Shown piece after piece: positions 1 to 11,871 of a stretch of 64,000 nt of DNA. The DNA comes from Mobula hypostoma (taxonomy: Eukaryota): contig NC_086097.1 in NCBI RefSeq assembly GCF_963921235.1, forward strand, positions 254,884,001-254,948,000. Reading direction: 5' to 3'. The notes below the pieces were generated by a model, which saw only the letters and a program-made list of their open reading frames with translations, had not been told where the DNA came from and searched no databases. The translations under genes and the position numbers were made by a program. The number at the start of each line of letters is the position of its first letter. Within the stretch, counting starts at the first letter, position 1.

Positions 1-437
1 GAAGTATATGGACTTCTTTTACTACGCGGATCATCAAGTCCCAACTACAGAGCTTCTCGGTGGCACAAGACTGCACTCCGAATTGCTCCGACTCGTGACG
101 GGATAGAATACAGAGGCATCTAATCACATTACAGGCAAGGCCAGCAGATCACTGGGTGACATTTCAAAGCGCTATGTCCTCACGCTTGCTGCTCTGACAG
201 TACGACAACTCTCACTCGTTCTTAAGTAACACAAAGATAGAAATATTAGATTGGATATGATTAGATGATGAGGACACTCAGTCCTCGTTTACTGTAATTT
301 TAAAATGCATGCGTTAAAAAATGATACCATGTTCCTCCGGTATGATATCACAGAAACACAAGACAGACCAAGACTAAAACTGACCAAAAAAAAACATAAT
401 TCTACCGTTTAGTTATAACAGTGTAAAGCAATACCGT

Positions 438-2815
438 CAACTCACATCTAAGTTGCTGGTGAACGCAGCATGCAAGGCAGCATCTCCAGGAAGAGGAACA
501 GTCGACGTTTCAGGCCGAGACCCTCCGTCAGGACTATCTGAAGGAAGAGTTAGCAAGAGATTTGAAAGTGGGAGGGGGAGGGGGAGATCCAAAATGATAG
601 GAGAAGACAGGAGGGGGAGGGATGTAGCCAAGAGCTGCACAGTTGATTGGCCAAAGGGATATGAAAGGATCATGGAATAGGAGGCCCAGGGAGAAGAAAA
701 GGCGTGTGTGGCGGCGGGGGCGGGGGGAACCGAGAGGATGGGCAAGGGGTATAGTCAGAGGGACAGAGCGAGAAAAAGGAGAGCGATAGAAAGGATGTGT
801 GTATAAAAATAAATAACGGATGGGGTACGAGGGGGAGGTGGGGCATTAGCGGAAGTTAGAGAAGTCAATGTTCATGCCATCAGATTGGAGGCTACCCAGA
901 CGGAATATAAGGTGTTGTTCCTCCAACCTGAGTGGGGCTTCATCTTTACATTAGACGAGTCCGTGGATAGACATATCAGAATGGGAATGGGATGTGGAAT
1001 TAAAATGTGTGGCCACTGGGAGATCCTGCTTTCTCTGGCGGACGGAGCATTGGTGTTCAGAAAAACGGTCTCCCAGTCAGCGTCAGGTCTCGCCAGTATA
1101 TAGAAGGCCACATCGGGAGCACCGGACGCAGCATATCACCCCAGCCGACTCACATGTGAAGTGACGACTCACCTGGAAGGACTGTCTGAGGCCCTGTATG
1201 GTGGTACGGGAGGAAGTGTAAGGGTATGTGTATCACTTGTTCCGCTGACAAGGATAAGTGCCAGGAAGGAGATCAGTGGGGAGGGATGGGGCGGGCGGGG
1301 GGGGCGGGGCGGTACGACGAATGGACAAGGGAGTCGCGTAGGGAGCGATCCCTGCCCAAAGCAGAGAGAGAGAGTGGGTGAGGGAAAGATGTGCTTAGTG
1401 GTGGGATCCCGTTGGAGGTGGCGGAAGTTACGGAGAATAATATGTTCGACCTAGAGGCTGCTGGGGTGGTGGGTGAGGACCAGAGGACTAATTCCGTTAG
1501 AAGGATCAGAGTGGTGGTAGAGGGGAACTGATTAGGTCTGGAATCCAAAAAGTAGCGGAGAGCTTTGAGACCTTACTGATGGGGGATGGAAGTATATAGG
1601 GACTGGAAATCCATGGTGAAAATAAAGCGGTGGGGGCCAGGGAACTTAAAATCATCGAACAGTTTAAGAGCGTGAGAAGTGTCACGAACATAGGTAGGAA
1701 GGGATTGAACAAGGGGGGATAACACCGTGTCGAGGTACGCAGAAACAAGTTCGGTGGGGCAGGAGCAAGCTGAGACAATAGGTCCACCAGGACAGACAGG
1801 TTTGTGGATCTTGGGTAGGAGGTAGAAATGGGAAGTGCAAGCTGTGGGAACTATAAGGTTGGTAGCAGTGGATGGGAGATCCCCTGAGCGGATAAAATCG
1901 GTGATAGTGTGGGAGACAATGGCCTGGTGCTCCTTAGTGGGGTCACGATCGAGGGTAAATAAGAGGAGGTATCCGCGAGTTGTCGCTGTGCCTCGGTAAG
2001 GTAGAGGTCAGTACGCCAGACTACAACAGCACCCCGCTTATCGGCCGGTTTAATGGTAAGGTTAGGATTAGTGCGGAGGGAGGGGAGAGCAGAGCGTTCG
2101 GAACGAGTAAGGCTGGAATGGGAACGAGGTGCGGTGAAGTCGAGACGGTTGATGTCCCGTCGGCAGTTAGCAATAAAGAGATCCAGAGCAGGCAGAAGAC
2201 CAGAGCGGGGTGTCCATGAAGAGGAGAAGAATTGAAGACGGGAGAAGGGGTCATCGGCGGGGGTGGAAGAGTCCTTGCCGAAGAAGTAGGCTCGGAGACG
2301 GAGACGGCGGAAGAAGAGTTCCGCATCATGGCGAACGGGGAACTCGCTGAGGTGTGGGCCAAGGGGGACAAAGTTGAGGCCCTAATTGAGGACAGAGCGT
2401 TCTGCCTCAGACGGTTAAAGGTCGGAGGGGATGGAAAAGACCCGGCACGGATGAGAGCTGAGATCAGAGGGGGAAGGAGGGAGGCTGGGGGTGTCAGTGG
2501 AGAGGGGAGGGTTGGGGTGTGGGCCCAGGAGCCTACGGTAGGATCTGAGGGACACGGGGTTGCAGAGTGATGGTGGGGGAAGGGGAGACGGGAGTCACAA
2601 TAGCAGCACATAAAGACCCGGCCTGGAGTTCAAAACTGGAGTCGCAGTTGGTGGTAGCGCAATCACTTTGAAGGTGTCCATGGTCGTTGCTGGAGTCCAG
2701 GTTTTGAATATGCCCTGAGGTGCTGGAGCCGGCGAGATCGATGGCAGCGGCCGCAATCTGAAGTTCATGCCTGCTAGCATCAGGGCCAGCAGGCTCTGGG
2801 GTCTGCAGATGGAAT
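438..2815 (-). mobile_element. Penelope-like retroelement, 5'-truncated and internally deleted (copy 1)
   Basis: Degenerate RT N-terminal and GIY-YIG coding remnants on the minus strand, a 3' hammerhead motif, and a 9-bp target duplication CAATACCGT (429-437 and 2816-2824). Confidence 0.9.
500..535 (-). ncRNA. Minimal hammerhead ribozyme motif, core-mutated
   Basis: Minus strand reads AGTC-CTGACGG-AGGgtctcggCCT-GAAAC-GTC-GACT; the CUGANGA core has a terminal A>G change. Confidence 0.65.
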
Positions 2816-4021
2816 CAATACCGTAATTAGATAAGAGCAGACCATGGGCAGGGAAAAAAAGTCTCAAAGCCCCGATGGCCTCATTATCTCACGCAGACAG
2901 TAGAAGGAAGAAACTCCGCCTGCCATGAGGATCGAGCGCCGCGAACTTGCCGATGCAGCGCCCTGGAAGCAACCGACGACAGTCCGACTCTGAGTCGGTC
3001 CGAAATCTTCGAGCCTCCGACCAGCGCTCCGACACCGAGCACCGAGCACCATCTCTGCCGAAGGCTTCACCCAAGTCCAGACCGCCAAGCAACAGGCAAA
3101 GCCGAGGATTCGGGGAATTCCCCTCCGGAGATTTCGGTTCACACAGTAGCAGCGGCAGCGAAGCAGGCCTTTCAGAAGTTTCACCAGATGTTCCTCCGTG
3201 TTCTCACGTCTGCCTCCATCAAATCAGAATTGTGCAGGGCTTTCTACATGACAGGTAACAGATATTCATCACCGGAGCAAGTGTACAGAGGAAGAGACCG
3301 ACACAAAGGCCCAGATGGAACATCGGTGACCTCTTCGTTGGAAAACATTTAGCAATCAGTCTAGGATGGGCGATTCCAAAGTGCACGAGCAAGGGATGCC
3401 AGAATCTGAATTTCGGCGCATCGTTGGAGGGCACCGTTGAAAGCGAAGGCAGCTGACGACTTTGTTAACGGACCTGTGTCGTTTCCATATATCCACTGAA
3501 GTGTAATTTGGCTTAACTAATATGGCGGCACAAGTCGGAAGAAAAATCTTCATATTTCTGCAAGAGCTTTGAAGTGGGAGCTATGAAACAGAAGAGGCAG
3601 ATGTGCATTAAGTGTACAGGAAAATGAAATTGGAGCGCCCTGCAGAAGCGAGCTCTTGGAACAGCTGGTTTGCAGTGTGCATATGTCTGCAGTGTTTTGT
3701 CCCTCCTATCATCGTCCAGGAGAGAGGCAAATCGTCCAGTGATGATGAAATTCAATCATTGAGCTTTTCAGCTGATTTGTCATTTGGCTGTAGTTTTCCA
3801 AAAGTGTCGGAAAATGCGTCCACGAAATAGACAGGAATGGCAGATCCGAGAATACTCTGTTTGATAGCAGTGTAGATTTCCAGCGGAATGTTGAGTCGTA
3901 GATGGAGTTATACAATCTGCCGGAAGAAATGAATGACGCGGCCATCTCCTTGGTTCATGAAGAAGTTCTGCTTCTGACACATGAGTTCCCGCCGGGTCGT
4001 AGTAATACAAGAATGGTGAAT

Positions 4022-6806
4022 AAAAACATAAAAACAGAGAAAATAGGTCCAGGAGTAGGCCATTCAGACCTTCGAGCCTGCTCCGCCATTCAGTATGATC
4101 ATGGCTGATCATCCAACTCAGAACCCTGTACCTGCCGTCTCTCCATACCCACTGATCCCTTTAGCCACAAGGGCCATTTCTAATTCCCCCTTAAATATAG
4201 CCAATGGACTGGCCTCAACTGTTTCCTGTGGCAGAGAATTCCACAGATTCACCACTCTCTGTGTGAAGAAGTTTTTCCTAATCTCGGTCCTAAAAGGCAT
4301 CCCCTTTATCCTCAAACTGTGACCCCTCGTTCTGGACTTCCCCAACATCGGGAACAATCTTCCTGCATCTAGCCTGTCCAATCCCTGTAGGATTTTATAC
4401 GTTTCAATAAGATTGATTCCTGGGATGGCAGGACTTTCATATGATGAAAGACTGGATGAAGGAGGCTTATACTCGTTGGAATTTAGAAGATTGAGGGGGG
4501 ATCTGATTGAAACGTATAAAATCCTAAAGGGATTGGACAGGCTAGATGCAGGAAGATTGTTTCCGATGTTGGGGAAGTCCAGAACGAGGGGTCACAGGTT
4601 GAGGATAAAGGGGAAGCCTTTTTAAACCGAGATTAGGAAAAACTTCTTCACACAGAGAGTGGTGAATGTGTGGAATTCTCTGCCACAGGAAACAGTTGAG
4701 ACCAGTTCATTGGCTATATTTAAGAGGGAGTTAGATATGGCCCTAGTGGCTAAAGGGATCAGGGGTTATGGAGGGAAGGCTGGTGCAGGGTTCTGAGTTG
4801 GATGATCAGCCATGATCATACTGAATGGTGGTGCAGGCTCGAAGGGCCGAATGGCCTACTCCTGCACCTATTTTCAATGTTTCTATGTTTGCTATGTTTC
4901 TAACCCCCCTCAATCTTCTAAATTTCAACGAGTATAGGCCTAGTCGATCCAGTCTTTCATCATATGAAAGTCCTGCCATCCCAGGAATTAATCTGGTGAA
5001 CCTTCTTTGTAATCCCTCTACGGCAAGAATCCCCTTCCTCAGATTAGGTGACCAAAACTGCATACAATACTCCAGGTGTTGTCTCACCTAGGCCTTGTAA
5101 AACTGCAGTAGTACCTCCCTGCTCCTGAACTCGAATCTTCTTCCTATGAATGCCAGCATGCCATTCGCCTTTTTCACTGCCTGCTGTACCTGCATGCCCA
5201 CTTTCAATGACTGGTGTATAATGACACCCAGGTCTCATTGCACCTCCCCTTTTCCTAATTGGCCAACATTCAGATAATAATCTGTTTTCCTGTTTTTGCC
5301 ACCAAAGTGGATAACCTCACATTTTTCCACATTAAATTGCATCTGCCATGAATTTTCTCACTCACCTAACCTATCCAAGTCACCCTGCATCATCTTAGCA
5401 TCCTCCTCACAGCTAACACTGCCACCCAGCTTCGTGTCATCCGCAAACTTGGAGATGCTGCATTTAATTCCCTCATCCAAGTCATTAATATATATTGTAA
5501 GCAACTGGGGTCCCAGCACTGAGCCTTGCGGTAACCCACTTGTCACTGCCTGCCATTCTGAAAAGGTCCCGTTTATTCCCACTCTTAGCTTCCTGTCTGC
5601 CAACCAATTCTCCATCCACATCAATACCATACCCCCAATACCGTGTGCTTTAAGTTTGTACACTAATCTCCTGTGTGGGACCTTGTCAAAAGCCTTTTGA
5701 AGATCCAAATATACCATATCCACTGGTTCTCCCCTATCCACTCTACTAATTGCATCATCAAAAAATTCTGAGATTCGTCAGACATGATTTTCCTTTCACA
5801 ACCCCATGCTGACTTTGTCCGATGAGTTCGTCGCTTTCCAAATGTGCTGTTATCAGATCTTTGAGAACTGACTCTAGCGTTTTCTCCACCACCGACGTTA
5901 GGCCAACCGGTCTATTATTCCCCGGTTTCTGTGTCCCTCATTTTTTAAAAAGCGGGGTTACATTAGCCACCCTCCAATCCTCAGCAACTAGTCCAGAATC
6001 TAACGAGCTTTGAAAAATTATCACTAATGCATCCACTATTTCTTGGGCTACTTCCTTAAGCACTCTGGGATGCAGACTATCTGGCCGTTCGGATTTATCT
6101 GCCTTTTTCCCTTCAAGGTACCTAGCAAAACTTCCCTACTAACATGTATTTCCCTCAGTTCGTCCATCTTACTGGATACTCTGTCCTCTACTATTTCGGG
6201 AAGATTATTTATGTTCTCCTTATTGAAGACAGAACCAAAGTAATTATTCAATTGGTCTGCCATGTCCTTGCTCCCCATAATCAATCCACCTGTTTCTGTC
6301 TGTAGGGGACCTACATTTGTCTTCACCAATCTTTTTCTTTTCACATAGCTATAAACGCTTTTACAGTCAGTTTTTATGTTCCCTGCCAGCTTTCTCTCAT
6401 AATCTTTTTTCCCTTTCCTAATTAAGCCCTTTGTCCTCCTCTGCTGGACTCTGAATTTCTCCCAGTCCTCAGGTGAGCCGCTTTTTCTGGCTAATTTGTA
6501 TGTTTCTTCTTTCGAATTGATACTATCCCTAATTTCCCTTGTCAGCCACGGGTGCACTACCTTCCCTGATTTATTCTTTTGCCAAACTGGGATGAACAAT
6601 TGTTGTAGTTCATCCATGCGATCTTTAAATGCTTGCCATTGCATATCCACCGTCAATCCTTTAAAAGACATTTGCCAGTCTATCTTAGCTAATTCACGTC
6701 TCATACCTTCAAAGTTACCCTTCTTTAAGTTCAGAACCTTTGTTTCTGACTTAGCTATGTCACTCTCCATCTCAATGATGAATTCCACCATATGATGGTC
6801 ACTCTT
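4022..6806 (-). mobile_element. CR1 LINE (family A), 5'-truncated and degenerate, containing a nested CR1
   Basis: CR1 ORF2 fragments ([25 protein letters not shown]) and a (TTTCTATG)n-type tail at the left end; interrupts the unit at GGTGAAT|GC. Confidence 0.92.
4414..4902 (+). mobile_element. Nested antisense CR1 3' fragment (~490 bp)
   Basis: Plus-strand CR1 C-terminus, 3'UTR and TTTCTATG tail; the host CR1 resumes at CCCCCTCAATC after it. Confidence 0.88.
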
Positions 6807-7240
6807 ATGCAGGAGGGTGCTAACTGTAGTGTTGCTGGTGATATGTGTGTGTTGACGGGCCAGATTTCAGCTGCGGTGAATATGCATATTCACAGAAGCG
6901 ACGCATTACACGGTATGTTTCGGTGTCTCTGTGAGGAAGTGATTGTACGCTGAATGTTTGTCGCTACATTGAAGTGGAGATATCAATTCCAACTGCAATA
7001 ACAATCGGTTGTAAAAATAGAGAGAAGTATAATTCTTTGCATGCGCGAGAATGAATTGTCGTTCGCGGACATGAAAGGTGACAGTGGGAGAGAGCGACCG
7101 TATGTGTGTCTGAGTGGTCGGTTGATGATTGAGTGAGTGTGTCTGTGTGTGAGCTGATGATTGTGCAACGGTGAGCAGTGCCAGGTATGCAATGGTGCTT
7201 GTGGCGCAGAGCAAATTACAGGAGGTAAATCGGATGTGCT

Positions 7241-7313
7241 GGGGAATTAGCTCAAATGGTAGAGCGCTCGCTTAGCATGCGAGAGGTAGCGAGATGGATG
7301 CTCGCATTCTCCA
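7241..7313 (+). tRNA. tRNA-Ala(AGC), C56G in T-loop/B box (probable pseudogene)
   Basis: GGGGAATTAGCTCAAATGGTAGAGCGCTCGCTTAGCATGCGAG...ATTCTCCA; T-loop is ATGGATG instead of ATCGATG; TTTT follows. Confidence 0.9.
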
Positions 7314-7405
7314 TTGACATTTTGAATCCGAAGGCACTCGTCTCATCAAGTTGCTCTGAAGTTTGGAATGTACAGAAGATAGGGGTGGCGGAGAGGGAGA
7401 GGAAC

Positions 7406-9252
7406 ATAGAAACATAGAAACATAGAAAATAGGTGCAGGAGTAGGCCATTCGGCCCTTCGAGCCTGCACCGCCATTTATTATGATCATGGCTGATCATCC
7501 AACTCAGAACCCAGCCTTCCCTCCATACCCCCTGACCCCTGTAGCCACAAGGGCCATATCTAACTTCCTTTTAAACATAGCTAATGAACTGGCCTCAACA
7601 GTTTGCTGTGGCAGAGAATTCCACAGATTCACCACTCTCTGTGTGAAGAAGTTTTTCCTAACCTCGGTCCTAAAAGGCTTCCCCTCTATACTCAAACTGT
7701 GACCCCTCGTTCTAGACCTCCCCAACATCGGGAACAATCTTCCCGCATCTAGCCTGTCCAATCCCTTTAGGATCTTATACGTTTCAATCAGATCCCCCCT
7801 CAATCTTCTAAATTCCAACGAGTACAAGCCCAGTTCATCCAGTCTTTCTTCATATGAAAGACCTGCCATCCCAAGAATCAATCTGGTGAACCTTCTTTGT
7901 ACTCCCTCTATGGCAAAGATGTCTTTCCTCAGATTAGGGGACCAAAACTGCACACAATACTCCAGGTGTGGTCTCACCAAGGCCTTGTACAACTGCAGTA
8001 GTACCTCCCTGCTCCTGTACTCGAATCCTCTCGCTATAAATGCCAGCATACCGTTCGCCTTTATCACCGCCTGCTGTACCTGCATGCCCACTTTCAATGA
8101 CTGGTGTATAATGACACCCAGGTCTCGTTGCACCTCCCCTTTTCCTAATCGGCCACCATTCAGATAATAATCTGTTTTCCTATTTTTGCCACCAAAGTGG
8201 ATAACTTCACATTTATCCACATTAAATTGCATCTGCCATGAGTTTGCCCACTCACCCAACCTATCCAAGTCACCCTGCATCCTCTTAGCATCCTCCTCAC
8301 TGCTAACACTGCCACCCAGCTTTGTGTCATCCGCAAACTTGGAGATGCTGCATTTAATTCCCTCATCCAAGTCATTAATATATATTGTAAACAACTGGGG
8401 TCCCAGCACTGAGCCTTGCGGTACCCCACTAGTCACCGCCTGCCATTCTGAAAAGGTCCCGTTTATTCCCACTCTTTGCTTCCTGTCTGCTAACCAATTC
8501 TCCACCCACACCAATACCTTACCCCCAATACCGTGTGCTTTAAGTTCGCACACTAATCTCCTATGTGGGACCTTGTGAAAAGCCTTTTGAAAATCCAAAT
8601 ATACCACATCCACTGGTTCTCCCCTATCCACTCTACTAGTTACATCCTCAAAAAATTCTATGAGATTCGTCAGACATGATTTTCCTTTCACAAATCCATG
8701 CTGACTTTGTCCGATCATTTCACCGCTTTCCAAATGTGCTGTTATCACATCCTTGATAACTGACTCCAGCAGTTTCCCCACCACCGACGTTAGGCTAACC
8801 GGCCTATAATTCCCCGGTTTCTCTCTCCCTCCTTTTTTAAAAAGTGGGGTTACATTAGCCACCCTCCAATCCTCAGGAACTAGTCCAGAATCTAACGAGT
8901 TTTGAAAAATTATCACTAATGCATCCACTATTTCTTGGGCCACTTCCTTAAGCACTGTGGGATGCAGACCATCTGGCCCTGGGGATTTATCTGCCTTCAA
9001 TCCCTTCAATTTACCTAACACCACTTCCCTACTAACATGTATTTCGCTCAGTTCCTCCATCTCACTGGACCCTCTGTCCCTTACTATTTCTGGAAGATTA
9101 TTTATGTCCTCCTTAGTGAAGACAGAACCAAAGTAATTATTCAATTGGTCTGCCATGTCCTTGCTCCCCATAATCAATTCACCTGTTTCTGTTTGCAGGG
9201 GACCTACATTTGTCTTTATCAGTCTTTTCCTTTTTACATATCTATAAAAGCT
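7406..9252 (-). mobile_element. Young 5'-truncated CR1 LINE (family A) inserted between the Ala and Tyr genes
   Basis: Open RT ORF and perfect (GAAACATA)n tail; interrupts GAGAGGAAC|GTGTCTCAGTC, which is intact in other units. Confidence 0.95.
7504..9177 (-). CDS. CR1 ORF2 reverse transcriptase and C-terminal part (557 aa, lacks endonuclease)
   Basis: [29 protein letters not shown] and FADD motifs in one uninterrupted frame. Confidence 0.9.
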   Translation of the reverse strand: MIMGSKDMADQLNNYFGSVFTKEDINNLPEIVRDRGSSEMEELSEIHVSREVVLGKLKGLKADKSPGPDGLHPTVLKEVAQEIVDALVIIFQNSLDSGLVPEDWRVANVTPLFKKGGREKPGNYRPVSLTSVVGKLLESVIKDVITAHLESGEMIGQSQHGFVKGKSCLTNLIEFFEDVTSRVDRGEPVDVVYLDFQKAFHKVPHRRLVCELKAHGIGGKVLVWVENWLADRKQRVGINGTFSEWQAVTSGVPQGSVLGPQLFTIYINDLDEGIKCSISKFADDTKLGGSVSSEEDAKRMQGDLDRLGEWANSWQMQFNVDKCEVIHFGGKNRKTDYYLNGGRLGKGEVQRDLGVIIHQSLKVGMQVQQAVIKANGMLAFIARGFEYRSREVLLQLYKALVRPHLEYCVQFWSPNLRKDIFAIEGVQRRFTRLILGMAGLSYEERLDELGLYSLEFRRLRGDLIETYKILKGLDRLDAGRLFPMLGRSRTRGHSLSIEGKPFRTEVRKNFFTQRVVNLWNSLPQQTVEASSLAMFKRKLDMALVATGVRGYGGKAGF

Positions 9253-9655
9253 TCTCAGTCAAAGGAAAGGGGAAAATCTGCTGCGTTGAATGCAGATACG
9301 AGGAGCAGCCAGCTGACAGCTGGTGTTTCAGTAATGTATGAGTAGCAGACGACCATTCAGACAGAAATCAGTTCAGTGGTCGAAAGGAAATTGCCCTGGA
9401 CACTGGGTGAAATGAGAAAGCTGAGTAGCCTTTGATTTTGACAAGCAAAGAGGATCAAAGAGCTGTGTTCGAGTCGCACCGAGAATGGTGATAAGCTTGG
9501 TGATGTGCGTCATCCGGTCGCCTGTGGCCCATAGTGCTTGAAGGACTAGATATTACAATTGGCAGGTTGTTGCTGTGGGTGGAGAGACACTAGGATGAAA
9601 ATCTGCATAATCATTGTCGATAGGAGCCAACGTGGCAAAGCTGGGTGTCGCTTTT

Positions 9656-9741
9656 CCTTCGATAGCTCAGTTGGTAGAGCAGAGGACTGTAGAGGAAATG
9701 GAGTCATCCTTAGGTCGCTGGTTCAAATCCGGCTCGAAGGA
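9656..9741 (+). tRNA. tRNA-Tyr(GTA) with 13-nt intron (G26A, G57A)
   Basis: CCTTCGATAGCTCAGTTGGTAGAGC..GGACTGTAG[aggaaatggagtc]ATCCTTAGGTCGCTGGTTCAAATCCGGCTCGAAGGA, followed by TTTT. Confidence 0.93.
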
Positions 9742-9979
9742 TCGGGACTTCTTTTACTACGCCGATCATCAATTCCGTATTACAGAGCTTCTCGGTGGCA
9801 CAAGACTGCGGTCCGAATTGCTCCGAGTCGTGACGGGATAGAATACAGAGGCATCTAATCACATAACAGGCACGGCCAGCAGATCACTGGATCACATTTC
9901 AGAGCGCTATGTCCTCACGCTTGCTGCTCTGACAGTATGACAACTCTCACTGGTCCTAAAGTAACACAAAGATAGAAAT

Positions 9980-10624
9980 ATTAGATTGGATATGATTAGA
10001 TGATGAGGACACTCAGTCCTCGTTTACTGTAATTTTAAAATGCAGGCGTTAAAAAATGATACAATATTCCTCCGGTATGATATCACAGAAACACAAGACA
10101 GACCAAGACTAAAACTGACAAAAAACACATAATTCTACCGTATAGTTGCAACAGTGTAAAACAATACCGTAATTTGATAAGAGCAGACCATGGGCACGGG
10201 AAAGATTTCTCAAAGCCCCGATGGCCTCATCAACTCACGCAGACAGTAGAAGGAAGAAACTCCCCCTGCCATGAGTTTCCAGCGCCTCGAACTTGCCGAT
10301 GCAGCGTCCTCGAAGCACCGGACCACAGTCCAACTCTGAGTCCGTCCGAAAACTCCCAGCCTCCGACCAGCGCTCCCACACCGAGCACCGAGCAACCTCT
10401 CTGCCGAATGTTTCCACCCGGACCCCGGCCACCAAGCAACAGGCAAAGCCGACGATTCAGGTCAATCCCCTCCGGAGATTTTCGATCACACAGTAGCAGC
10501 GGCAGCGAAGAAGGAATATCAGAAGTTTCACCAGATGTTCCTCCGTGCTCTCACGTCTGCCTCCATCAAATCAGAATTGTGCACGGCCTCCTACTTGACA
10601 GATAACAGATATGCATCACCGGAG
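9980..10624 (-). mobile_element. Putative non-autonomous retroposon (SINE-like) fixed in the repeat unit; representative copy, homologues in every unit
   Basis: Minus-strand 3' end has AATAAA (intact at ~26880 and ~49985), a GAGGAC-TGAGT-GTCCTC stem-loop and a (TCTAA)n tail; the body is GC-rich. Family not identified. Confidence 0.55.
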
Positions 10625-11798
10625 CAAGTGTACAGAGGAAGAGACCGACACAAATGCCCAGATGGAACATCGGTGACCTCTTCGTTGGAAGACATTTAGC
10701 AATCAGTCTAGGTTGAGCGATTCCAAACTGCACGAGCAAGGGATGCCAGAATCTGAATTCCGGCGCATCGTTGGAGGGCACCGTTGAAAGCGAAGGCAGC
10801 TGACGGCATTGTTATCGGCCTAATGTCGTTTCCATATATCCGCTGAGGTGGAATTCGGCTCATCTGTGTGGTGGCACAAGTCTGGTGAAAAATCTTCAAA
10901 TTTCTGCAAGAACATTGAAGTGGGAGCTGTGAAACAGAAGAGGCAGATGTGCATTAAGTGTACAGGAGCATGAAATTGGAGCATCCTGCACAAGCGAGCT
11001 CTTGGAACAGCAGGTTTGCAGTGTGCGTATGTCTGCAGTGTGGTGTTCCTCCTATCATCGACCCGGAGAGAGGCAAATCGTCGAGTGATGATGGAATTCA
11101 GTCATTGAGCTTTTCAGCTGATTTGTCATTTGGTTGTCCTTTTCCAAAAGCGTCGGAGAATGCGGCAACGGAATAGACAGGAATAGCAGATCCGAGAATG
11201 CTCACTTTGATAGCAGTGTAGATTTCTAGCAGAATATTGAGTCGTCGATGAAGTTTTACAATCTGTCAGAAGAAATGGATCCGTGGCCATCTCCTTGGTT
11301 CATGACGATGTTCTGCTTCTGACACATGAGGTCCCACCGGCGCGTGATAATACAGGAAAGGTGAATTGGAAAGGTTGCTAACTGTGGTGGTGTTGGTGAT
11401 ATGTGTGTGCTGAGGGGCGAGATTTCAGCTGAGGTGAATACGCATGTTCACGGAGGTGACGCATTACACGGTATGTTTCGGTGTCTCTGTGAGGAAGTGA
11501 TTGTACCTTGAATGTTTGTCGCTACATTGAAGTGGAGATATCAATTCCAACTGCCGTTACAATCGGTTGTAAAAATAGACACAAGTATAATTCTTTGCAT
11601 GCGGGAGAATGAATTGTCGTTTGGGGACATGAAAAGTGACAGTGGCAGAGAGCGACCGTATGTGTGTCTGAGTGGTTGGTTGATGATTGAGTGAGTGTGT
11701 CTGTGTGTGAGCTGATGATTGTGCAACGGTGAGCAGTGGCAGACATGCAATGGTGCTTGTGGCGCTGAGCAAATTACAGGCGGTGGATCGGATGTGCT

Positions 11799-11871
11799 GG
11801 GGAATTAGCTCAAATGGTAGAGCGCTCGCATAGCATGCGAGAGGCAGCGAGATCGATGCTCGCATTCTCCA
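11799..11871 (+). tRNA. tRNA-Ala(AGC) (U32A, U47C)
   Basis: Full cloverleaf, G3:U70 pair and T-run terminator. Confidence 0.92.

Noticed and set aside
1..20. Possible 3' end of another tRNA-Tyr at the window edge
   Set aside because: Only ~6 degenerate bases (GAAGTA) plus the terminator are visible, too little to annotate, although the context implies the array continues.
429..437. Penelope at the same CAATACCGT site three times as evidence of site-specific integration
   Set aside because: The identical 5' truncation point, identical internal deletion and co-inherited CR1 insertion show one event amplified by duplication.
7241..7400. tRNA copies as heads of tRNA-derived SINEs
   Set aside because: They are full-length, lack encoded CCA, retain the intron (Tyr), are followed by T4 terminators, and share long flanks on both sides without TSDs or tails.
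9559..9858. Recurrent ORFs (MAGCC...RTVEEMESSLGRWF) and MVERSLSMREVARS ORFs
   Set aside because: These are translations across the tRNA-Tyr and tRNA-Ala genes; the conservation comes from the RNA genes.
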